Source of the DNA: Candidatus Acetothermia bacterium
GTDB lineage: Bacteria > Bipolaricaulota > Bipolaricaulia > RBG-16-55-9 > JANLFV01
Reading direction: 5' to 3'
Length of the DNA: 64,000 bases
NCBI GenBank assembly: GCA_024653345.1
Contig: JANLFV010000001.1
Coordinates: 84,387 to 148,386, forward strand
Notes under the pieces: generated by a model
Seen by the model: the letters and a program-made list of their open reading frames with translations, nothing else
Databases searched by the model: none
Told to the model about the DNA's origin: nothing
Position numbers and translations under genes: made by a program
In this document: in pieces, positions 56,674 through 64,000 of the stretch
How the letters are laid out: every line of letters begins with the position of its first letter
Position numbering within the stretch: position 1 is the stretch's first letter

Positions 56674-57308
56674 CAGCGCCCGTCCCCGGTGTCGATCCGC
56701 TCCATCATCATCAGCGTCAGCCGAGCCTCCCGCTCCCTTCTATCAAGACCAGGTGGAAGTTCTTCAGCCAATTCCTGAAGGCGGAACGGGCGGCCGATGT
56801 AGATCTCGGCGCGGGGGAAGCCGAAGGGATAGCGAGGCGGATAGGGCCCGTGAGTGACGATCTTCACAGGGAGGAGCTTCTGCCCGGTCTTCTCGGCAAA
56901 CCGGACCACGCCGATCTTCGGCGCGGCCCCCTTCGTCGTCCCCTCAGGGAAGATTCCGACGAGCTGGCCTGCTGAGATCGCCTGCAGGACCCGGCGATAA
57001 TCGGTGGGCCTGAAGTTCTCGCGGTCGATGGGAATGGCGTAGAGCAAGACGAAGATCCCGATAAGGGGGTTCTCTCGGATCAGGCTCCGCCGGGCCACGA
57101 ACGAGATCCTCCGCCGAGCGCCGCAGGCCACGGCGATGATGGGGATATCCCAATAGCTCCGGTGGCGCGCGATGAGGATCGCCCCGTCATCGGGGATCTT
57201 CTCGCGGCCCTCGACCCGCAAGCGGAAGAGGAGCTTACAAGCGAGCGCAACGACCGCCACGCTCACCAGGTAGAGGAGATCCTTCGCTAGTCTTCCCAGC
57301 CGGTTCAT
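56673..57308 (-). CDS. plsC: 1-acyl-sn-glycerol-3-phosphate acyltransferase.
   Basis: HRSYWD (HX4D) and FPEGT motifs. Confidence 0.8.
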   Translation of the reverse strand: MNRLGRLAKDLLYLVSVAVVALACKLLFRLRVEGREKIPDDGAILIARHRSYWDIPIIAVACGARRRISFVARRSLIRENPLIGIFVLLYAIPIDRENFRPTDYRRVLQAISAGQLVGIFPEGTTKGAAPKIGVVRFAEKTGQKLLPVKIVTHGPYPPRYPFGFPRAEIYIGRPFRLQELAEELPPGLDRREREARLTLMMMERIDTGDGR

Positions 57309-57924
57309 CTTTTTCCAAGGCCTCTCTCACCGCCGCGAGGGCTCGTGCAACGACCTCTTCCACACTCAGGCCGTCGGTGGCAATGATGATCGCGTCAGGG
57401 GCCGGGTCGAGCCGACCGAAGTCGTGGTCCCGCGCGTCTCGTTCTGCCAACTCCTGCTCGACCTCTTCGCGCGAGCCGCCCCGCTCGCGAGCCCGCCGCC
57501 TCGCCCGCTCCTCAAGCGAGGCCTCGAGGAAGATCTTCACTTCTGCCTCGGGGAGGACGACCCGGCCGATGTCCCGCCCCTCCATCACCACATTCCTCCC
57601 CTGGGCCAGTTGGCGTTGCTTCTCGATCAAGAAGGCCCGCACGCTCGGGTCCCTGGCGATCTCCGAGGCGCGGAGGTCCACCTCTTCATTATACAGGTTC
57701 GGCGTGACGTCCTCGCCGTTGAGCAGGACCCGCTCATCTGCCAGGTCAAGCTCCATCCCCTCGAGCGTCAACCCCTGGCACAGACCCCAGGCCACGGCGC
57801 GATACATCGAGCCGGTGTTGATGAACTGAAACCCGAGCCGCCGCGCCAGCAGCCGCCCCACGGTCGTCTTCCCCGACCCGGCGGGGCCGTCGATCGCGAT
57901 CCAGATGGCCTTAGCAGCACTCAT
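57235..57924 (-). CDS. cmk: Cytidylate kinase.
   Basis: IAIDGPAGSGKTT P-loop and the Cmk family. Long charged C-terminal tail. Confidence 0.9.
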   Translation of the reverse strand: MSAAKAIWIAIDGPAGSGKTTVGRLLARRLGFQFINTGSMYRAVAWGLCQGLTLEGMELDLADERVLLNGEDVTPNLYNEEVDLRASEIARDPSVRAFLIEKQRQLAQGRNVVMEGRDIGRVVLPEAEVKIFLEASLEERARRRARERGGSREEVEQELAERDARDHDFGRLDPAPDAIIIATDGLSVEEVVARALAAVREALEKDEPAGKTSEGSPLPGERGGRCARL

Positions 57925-58740
57925 AGCTTCTCTCGATCGTCTCCGTCAAGATGGCCTGGCCGGGGAGGCCGGCCGCCCGCGCGGCCAAGGCTGCGGCCCG
58001 CTCCCGCTCGCTGAAGCCGGCAAACCAAGCGGGCCCGCTCCCGCTCATCCCCCAGAACTCCGCGCTAGCCCCCCGAAGAAAGTCGCGATAGTCCTCAAGC
58101 TCCGGGCGGAGAGCGAGCGCGGCTCGCTGGAGGTCGTTCCTCAGCAGCCCGGGGATGTCGTCACCCGAATCCACGCTCTGATGCCCAATCTTGTCGAACG
58201 CGGCGTAGACCTCGGGAGTGGGGAGGGGAAAGGGCGGGACGAGCAATACGAGATGATACAGCGGTAGCCGAGGGAGCCGCTTCACCCTCTCACCGCGCCC
58301 GCTCACGGAGCAGGTCCCGCCCTCGAAGAAGAAGGGGACATCGCTCCCGAGCTCCAGGCCCAGGGCCTTCAGCTCATCCTTCCCGAAGCCCAGGCCCAAC
58401 AGCTCATTGAGCCCGGCGAGCGTGGCCGCGCCGTCGCTGCTCGCGCCGCCCAAGCCCGCGCCGGCGGGGATGCCCTTCGATAGGCGGATGTGGACCCCCT
58501 TTCGGCAGCCGGCTCGCTCCAAGATCAGCCGGGCCGCACGATAGGCGAGGTTCTCCGCGGCGGGCAGGCCCAGGTCCGGCTCGACCTCCAGGGTCACCCC
58601 CTCCGCCCCAGGCCGGGGCTCGAGCACCAGCTCGTCGGCGAGAGAGATGCTCTGCATCACAGTCTGGATCTGGTGGTAGCCGTCCTCTCGCCTTCCGAGG
58701 ACCCTCAGGCCGAGGTTAGTCTTGGCATAGGCCCGGATGC
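57911..58740 (-). CDS. ispE: 4-(cytidine 5'-diphospho)-2-C-methyl-D-erythritol kinase.
   Basis: AKTNLGL N-terminus and the GHMP kinase motif PAGAGLGGASSDGAA. Start placed at the ATG (MRVRIRAYAK); the track start is 52 nt further upstream. Confidence 0.85.
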
Positions 58741-59972
58741 GCACGCGCATAGACCACCTCGCCCCGCTTGAGGACATACTTGACCAAGTCATGGCCGAGG
58801 AAGTAGGAGATCTGCCTGTAGCTCTTAAGGTCCAGGACCACGAGGTCGGCGAGCTTCCCTGGGGCGATCACCCCCCGATCCTCGAGGGCCAAAGCCCGGG
58901 CCGCGTTCCGCGTCGCGGCGATGAGGGCCTCCTCGACGGTCATCCCCATCTTCATGACCGTCAGGGCGATGATGAAGAGCATCGAGTTGATCAGGCAGGT
59001 TCCGGGGTTGAAGTCCGTGGCCAAGGCCACGGGGAGCCCGGCGGCCAGCATCTTCCTGGCAGGAGCGTATTCGGCGTTCAGGGTGAAGGGTGTCCCCGGC
59101 AAGAGCACGGGGATCACGCCCGCCTCCCTCAGCCGTGCGATCCCCTCGTCCGAGACCTTCAGGAGATGGTCGGCCGAGACGGCCCCCAGCTCGGCCGCGA
59201 GCTCCGCCCCGCCGGAATTCTGGAATTCATCGGCATGGAGCTTGAGCTTTAGCCCCGCGGCGCGGCAGGCCGACAAGATCTTGCGGCTCTCCTCGACGGA
59301 GAAGAAGCCCGGCTCGCAGAAGACATCGCAGAACTCTGCCAGGCCCGCGCTCTTGACCTTGGGGATCATGGCGAGCACTTCCTCGAGATACTCCGAGCTG
59401 CCCTTCCCCTCGGGGAGGGCGTGGGCCCCGAGGAAGGTCGGGACGAGGTCGAGCGGTAGATCTTCGTTCAGTCGCTTGATCACCCGGAGCAGCTTCAGCT
59501 CGTTCTCCAGGTCGAGGCCGTAGCCGCTCTTCACCTCGACGGTCGTGGTGCCGGAGCGGAGCATCTCGAGCAGGAAGTGCCGGCCATTCCGGTAGAGCTC
59601 CTCTTCGCTCGCCGCCCGGACCGCCGCGACGGTCGCCCGGATCCCCCCGGAGGTGTAGCGCTCGCCGCGGCAGCGCCTCAGGAACTCCTCCTCCCTCGTC
59701 CCGGCGAAGACCGCGTGGGTGTGGGGATCGACCAGGCCGGGGAGGACCACGCCCCCTTCAACATCCAGCACCTTGCGGCCCCGGAGGGGCGGGGCCTCCT
59801 CCAGCGGCCCGAGCGCGGCGATCCTCCCCTCGTTAATCCGGATATAGCAATCCTCGAGGACCACGAGCTCCGGCCCCTGGACTTGAGGGGTGATGAGCTG
59901 GCCGATCCCGGTGATCAAGAGCTCCACAGCTCGAATATTATGTGAAGGGCGCACCAGTGCGCAAGGGGCCAA
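58716..59972 (-). CDS. hutI: Imidazolonepropionase.
   Basis: GLVDPHTHAVFAG metal-ligand motif and the amidohydrolase fold, HutI family. Lies beside hutH. Confidence 0.85.
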   Translation of the reverse strand: MAPCALVRPSHNIRAVELLITGIGQLITPQVQGPELVVLEDCYIRINEGRIAALGPLEEAPPLRGRKVLDVEGGVVLPGLVDPHTHAVFAGTREEEFLRRCRGERYTSGGIRATVAAVRAASEEELYRNGRHFLLEMLRSGTTTVEVKSGYGLDLENELKLLRVIKRLNEDLPLDLVPTFLGAHALPEGKGSSEYLEEVLAMIPKVKSAGLAEFCDVFCEPGFFSVEESRKILSACRAAGLKLKLHADEFQNSGGAELAAELGAVSADHLLKVSDEGIARLREAGVIPVLLPGTPFTLNAEYAPARKMLAAGLPVALATDFNPGTCLINSMLFIIALTVMKMGMTVEEALIAATRNAARALALEDRGVIAPGKLADLVVLDLKSYRQISYFLGHDLVKYVLKRGEVVYARAHPGLCQD

Positions 59973-60017
59973 GGGTTGCAGCCCGGCGGCTAGGCCGCTA
60001 TATTCAAAAGCAGGCGA

Positions 60018-61505
60018 ATGGCGAAAGCGGCGGTCGAGCTGGAGCTGGACGGGGCCGGGCTGACGGTCGAGGCCGCAGAGGAGGTGGTCTTCGGCCTCCG
60101 TGAGGTCAGGCCGACGGAGGCGAGCCTCGCGCGGGTCGAGCAGGCCTACCGGGCCTTATGCGCCGCCCTCGCCCGCGGCGAGCGGATTTACGGGGTGAAC
60201 ACGGGCTTCGGAAAGCTGAGCGAGGTTCTCATCCCCCAAGAGAGGCAACCGAAGCTGCAAGAGAACTTGCTGAGGAGCCATGCCGTCGGGGTCGGTGAGC
60301 CCCTCCCCGATGCTGCCAGTCGCGCGGCCCTGCTCTTCCGGCTCAATTCGCTCCTTCTTGGCCATTCCGGTGTCCGGCCCAAGGTCATCGCCTACCTCGT
60401 CGCGCTCCTGAACCGGCGGGGCTATCCCCTGATCCCGGCCAGGGGGTCGGTCGGGGCCTCCGGCGACCTCGCGCCCTTGGCCCACCTCGCCTTGATCCTG
60501 ATCGGCGAGGGCCAGGCCAAGCTCGACGGCCAGCTCCTGCCAGGGCGGGAGGTCCTGCGGCGGCTGGGGCTCGAGCCGCTCGAGCTCGAGCCGAAGGAGG
60601 GGCTGGCCCTGATCAACGGGACCCAGGTCTCGCTGGCCGTGGGCTTTGTCGCCTTCGTCCGGGCTTGGCGGCTCCTCGAGGCCGCGACCCTCCTCTCCGC
60701 GATGGCCCTCGAGGCCTACGGCGGTCAGATCGGCCCCTACGATGAGCAACTCCACCGGGCCCGACCCCATCCGGGACAACTCGCGGTCGCGGCCCGGATC
60801 AGTGAACTGCTCCAGGGAAGCGGCCTGGTAGACAGCAACGGTGCCGTCCAAGACCCCTACTCGCTGCGCTGCGTCCCCCAGATCCTGGGAGCCTCGTCCG
60901 ACGCTCTTGGGTTCGTGGAGCGAACGCTCGAGCTCGAGATGAACTCCGCAACTGATAATCCCCTTGTCTTCCCCGAGACCGGCCAGATCCTCTCCGGTGG
61001 GAACTTCCACGGCGAGCCCTTGGCCCTGGCCTTCGAGCTCTTGGCCCAGGCCACGGCCGAGATCGGGGCCCTCGCCGAGCGCCAGCTCAATCTGCTGTTG
61101 AATGCCCCGGGGCTCCCGCCGTTCTTGGCTGAAGAGCCCGGCTCGAACTCCGGGTTGATGATGGTCCAATACACCGCCGCGGCCCTGGTGAGCGAGAACA
61201 AGGTCCTGGCCCACCCCGCGGCTGTGGACTCGATCCCCACCTCCGGAGGGGTCGAGGACCACAACAGCCTCTGCTCCGTCTCGGCCCAGAAGGCCCTCGA
61301 GATCGCCGAGAATGTCGAGCAGATCCTCGCGCTCGAGCTCCTGGCCCTCGCCCAGGCCCTCGACTTCCGCGAGAACTCGAAGATGGCGCCGGCCACGAGG
61401 GGGGCCTACGAGCGGGTCCGGGCCGCGATTCCCCATCTCACCGAGGACCGGGTGATGCAGGAGGACATCCAGCGAGCCCTTGGGCTCATCCGGGAGGGGC
61501 TATGA
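60018..61505 (+). CDS. hutH: Histidine ammonia-lyase.
   Basis: GSVGASGDLAPLAHLA, including the ASG triad that forms the MIO cofactor. Confidence 0.9.
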   Translation: MAKAAVELELDGAGLTVEAAEEVVFGLREVRPTEASLARVEQAYRALCAALARGERIYGVNTGFGKLSEVLIPQERQPKLQENLLRSHAVGVGEPLPDAASRAALLFRLNSLLLGHSGVRPKVIAYLVALLNRRGYPLIPARGSVGASGDLAPLAHLALILIGEGQAKLDGQLLPGREVLRRLGLEPLELEPKEGLALINGTQVSLAVGFVAFVRAWRLLEAATLLSAMALEAYGGQIGPYDEQLHRARPHPGQLAVAARISELLQGSGLVDSNGAVQDPYSLRCVPQILGASSDALGFVERTLELEMNSATDNPLVFPETGQILSGGNFHGEPLALAFELLAQATAEIGALAERQLNLLLNAPGLPPFLAEEPGSNSGLMMVQYTAAALVSENKVLAHPAAVDSIPTSGGVEDHNSLCSVSAQKALEIAENVEQILALELLALAQALDFRENSKMAPATRGAYERVRAAIPHLTEDRVMQEDIQRALGLIREGL

Positions 61506-62392
61506 AGTCCGGGTTCGTCGGTGTCCTCGGCCAGACGAATGTCGGGAAGTCGACCTTCATCAACGCAATCTTAGGGCGGAAGGTCGTGATCGTCTCGGAA
61601 AAGATCCAGACCACAAGGAACCGGATCCGCTGCATCTACAACGATGAGGAGTCCCAGGTCATCTTGGTCGACACCCCCGGACTCCACAAGCCGGTGAACC
61701 GGCTGAGCAACTACCTCCTCCAGCAGGCCTACGGGGCGCTTCAGGGGCTGGACCTGCTCTTGTATATGGTCGAGCCGTGGGTCGAGGTCCAGCCCTACGA
61801 CCGTGAGGTCTTCAAGCGGCTACGGGAGATGAAGCCCCAGCCCCCGGCGATCCTCCTGGTGAACAAGATCGACCGGGCCAAGGGGAACGAGGTCCCCGAG
61901 ACGCTCAAGAACTACGGCGAGCTCGGGCTCTTCAAGGAGCTGGTCCCGATCTCCTGCAAGGAGAGGATCAACCTCGGTATAGCGCTGAAATTGGTGAAGG
62001 AGAACCTCCCCGAGGGGCCGGCCTACTTCCCGAAAGAGGAGCTGACCGACCGCTCGGAGGAGTTCCTGATCGCGGAGTTCGTGCGGGAGCAGATCTTCCA
62101 GTTGACCTACCAGGAGGTCCCCTACTCCACGGCCGTGGAGGTGGTCGAGCTCCGCGAGCGCGAAGAAGATCACCTGATCGAGATCTATGCCGACATCTAC
62201 GTGGCGCGGGACTCTCAGAAGGGGATCCTGGTGGGCGAGGGCGGAAGGATGATCCGCGAGATCGGGGCCCGCGCGCGAAAGGAGATCGAGCGCCTCCTGG
62301 GAGCCCATGTCTACCTCGATCTGCGGGTCAAGGTCCGAAAGGACTGGGTGGAGGACGAGCGCCAGATCGTCCGCCTGGTCGGGCAGGATTGA
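61502..62392 (+). CDS. era: GTPase Era.
   Basis: G1 GQTNVGKST, G3 DTPG, G4 NKID and a C-terminal KH domain. Confidence 0.92.
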   Translation: MKSGFVGVLGQTNVGKSTFINAILGRKVVIVSEKIQTTRNRIRCIYNDEESQVILVDTPGLHKPVNRLSNYLLQQAYGALQGLDLLLYMVEPWVEVQPYDREVFKRLREMKPQPPAILLVNKIDRAKGNEVPETLKNYGELGLFKELVPISCKERINLGIALKLVKENLPEGPAYFPKEELTDRSEEFLIAEFVREQIFQLTYQEVPYSTAVEVVELREREEDHLIEIYADIYVARDSQKGILVGEGGRMIREIGARARKEIERLLGAHVYLDLRVKVRKDWVEDERQIVRLVGQD

Positions 62393-62464
62393 GCGAAGCA
62401 GTTGGCTAAGTTGAGCGGTGGAAAAGGCCGACTGAGAGTTGTATCATGACAACTCGCGTGAGGG

Positions 62465-63367
62465 ATGATTGAGATCACGCCGATCACTGACCTGGCCGGG
62501 CTTCGGGAGTGCGAGCGCCTCCAGCGGGAGATCTGGGGCTTCAGCGAACAAGCGGTCGTCCCGGATCATCTGATGCTCACGGCGATCCGCAGTGGCGGGT
62601 GTCTGCTCGGGGCCTACGATGGGACCAGCCTCGTGGGGTTCGCCTTCAGCTTCGTCGGGCTCGAGCGCGGGCGGCCGAAGCATGCCTCGCTCATGGCCGG
62701 CGTCCTTCCCCAAGCCCGCTACCGCGGGGTCGGCTACAAGCTGAAGCTGGCCCAGCGGGAGTTCGCCCTCGAGCAGGGGATCGAGCTGATCACCTGGACC
62801 TTCGACCCGCTCCAGAGCGCGAACGCCCACTTCAACTTCAAGAAGCTGGGGGTGATCTCCCGCCGGTATGAGGAGAACTACTACGGCGACATGCGGGACC
62901 GGCTCAACCGGGGCCTGCCGAGCGACCGCCTCATCGTCGAGTGGTGGCTCACCTCCCCCAGGGTCGAGGCCCGGCTCAAGCTCGCGGGGCGCTACCCCCT
63001 CCCCTCGGTCGAGGCCCTCCTCGCCCAGGGCGCGGAGGTGGTGAACCGGACCGAGCTGGCCCTCCTCTCCCCCTCAAGGGGGGAGGGCCAGGGAGAGGGT
63101 GCTCAACTTGAGGAGGGCTTCCGAGTCAACCTCGATTATCGGCTCGACCTGGAAAGCGCGAAGCTCCTCCTCGAGATCCCCACCAATACCCCGGAGATGC
63201 GGGAAAGGGCCCCAGAGCTGGCGAGCCGCTGGCGGCTCGAGACTCGCCCGGTCTTCGAGCACTACCTGTCTCGAGGGTATCTCGTCTCGGAGTTCATCCT
63301 GGAGGGAGGAAGGGGCTTCTACCTCCTCGAGCGGGCCTCGCCCGAGGAGCTCCTCTCCCGGAGATGA
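62465..63367 (+). CDS. Protein with an N-terminal GNAT acyltransferase fold (~170 aa) and an uncharacterised C-terminal extension.
   Basis: GNAT motif A region QARYRGVGYKL...ELITWTFDP. 300 aa. Its stop overlaps the start of the downstream enolase-superfamily gene. Confidence 0.5.
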   Translation: MIEITPITDLAGLRECERLQREIWGFSEQAVVPDHLMLTAIRSGGCLLGAYDGTSLVGFAFSFVGLERGRPKHASLMAGVLPQARYRGVGYKLKLAQREFALEQGIELITWTFDPLQSANAHFNFKKLGVISRRYEENYYGDMRDRLNRGLPSDRLIVEWWLTSPRVEARLKLAGRYPLPSVEALLAQGAEVVNRTELALLSPSRGEGQGEGAQLEEGFRVNLDYRLDLESAKLLLEIPTNTPEMRERAPELASRWRLETRPVFEHYLSRGYLVSEFILEGGRGFYLLERASPEELLSRR

Positions 63368-64000
63368 GGCTCAAGATCGAGATCGAGCGGGCCGAGCTAC
63401 GGCTGATCGAGCTCCGGCTGGTCCAGCCGTTCGAGACCAGCTTCGGGCGGGAGGAGGAGCGGCCAGCCCTCATCGTCGCCCTATACAGCGATGGGGCGGT
63501 CGGGTGGGGCGAGTGCGTCGCCTCGAGCGGGCCGTGGTATTCCTACGAGACGGCCACGACCGCCTGGCATGTGCTCGAGGAGTTCCTGCTCCCGAGGGTC
63601 TTGCATCAGGAGCTGGACGGGCCGCAAGCCCTTTGGGCCCAGCTGGCCCCGGTCCGCGGCCACAACATGGCCAAGGCGGCCCTGGAGATGGCCTTCTGGG
63701 ACCTCTGGGCCAAGCTTAAGGGGGTCTCGCTCGCCCACCTCCTCGGGGGGACCAAGGAGCGGGTCGAAAGCGGGGTCTCGCTCGGGATCAAAAGGACGAT
63801 CCCCGAGCTCTTGGAGGAGATCGCCCGCCGCTTAGAGGAGGGCTATCCCCGGATCAAGCTCAAGATCAAGCCCGGCTGGGACCTAAAAGTCCTGGAGCAG
63901 GTCCGGGCCCATTTCCCGGACATCAAGCTCCAGGTGGACGCGAACGCGGCCTACACCCTCGCGGACCTCCCGCTCCTCAAGGGGCTCGACCGCTTCGGGC
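63364..64000 (+). CDS. Enolase-superfamily enzyme of the o-succinylbenzoate synthase / N-succinylamino-acid racemase (MenC/NSAR) subgroup; partial, continuing beyond the window.
   Basis: The capping domain and the start of the barrel with the KxK motif (RIKLKIKPGW) and the first metal ligand D (QVDANAAY) are characteristic of the MR/MLE-OSBS family. Confidence 0.75.
   Translation, partial: MRLKIEIERAELRLIELRLVQPFETSFGREEERPALIVALYSDGAVGWGECVASSGPWYSYETATTAWHVLEEFLLPRVLHQELDGPQALWAQLAPVRGHNMAKAALEMAFWDLWAKLKGVSLAHLLGGTKERVESGVSLGIKRTIPELLEEIARRLEEGYPRIKLKIKPGWDLKVLEQVRAHFPDIKLQVDANAAYTLADLPLLKGLDRFG

Noticed and set aside
60156-61436. 426-aa antisense ORF opposite hutH
   Set aside because: Opposite the unmistakable histidine ammonia-lyase (ASG motif) and a low-complexity product.

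Overview
This is a high-GC (about 67%) bacterial chromosomal window, gene-dense on both strands. I found no rRNA, CRISPR array, transposase or prophage. Most of the window is housekeeping: mnmG, tpiA, ispD, ispE, ispH, the prmC-ftsE-ftsX operon, arfB, thiI, an Nfu-like gene, pstSCAB-phoU, rpsA, cmk, gmk, acpS, plsY, plsC, hutH, hutI, era, yicC, rsmD and two tRNAs (Glu-CUC and Gln-CUG).

Three blocks look accessory or novel:
1. Two paralogous giant outer-membrane proteins (1..1461 partial; 6044..8818). Each has an N-terminal HExxH peptidase-like head, a TolB-type PD40 beta-propeller and an Omp85/BamA-like C-terminal barrel ending in Phe. The second is co-transcribed with a secreted phytase-like esterase-domain protein.
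2. A roughly 7.7 kb single-strand copper-handling operon (25591..33308). It is driven by a near-consensus sigma70 promoter with a CsoR-like GC-rich inverted repeat. It encodes a Met/His-rich secreted protein, a SAM methyltransferase, a YHS protein, a 20-codon Cys-rich mini-ORF followed by hairpins, a PCYCGC protein, a DOMON-like protein, a Gly/Met/Trp-rich membrane protein, a truncated copA C-terminal duplicate, full copA, a DsbA-like thioredoxin and csoR.
3. A cell-surface cluster (38633..46020) with an orphan SagB-type dehydrogenase, an FG-GAP/PKD protein carrying a C-terminal TM plus Arg anchor, a VWA/PKD protein and an LTD plus PKD-repeat protein. It reads as an integrin-like adhesion module.

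Other notable items are a GT2/acyltransferase/AlkP-phosphodiesterase/LPG-synthase-TM/OMP lipid-remodelling cluster (11077..16172) and a textbook promoter plus perfect palindrome upstream of pstS. An AbrB-PhoU fusion regulator sits convergent downstream of the pst operon.

Several proteins end in Phe-terminated beta-barrel signatures, so I infer a diderm envelope. Many long antisense or alternate-frame ORFs in the track are high-GC artefacts and were rejected.
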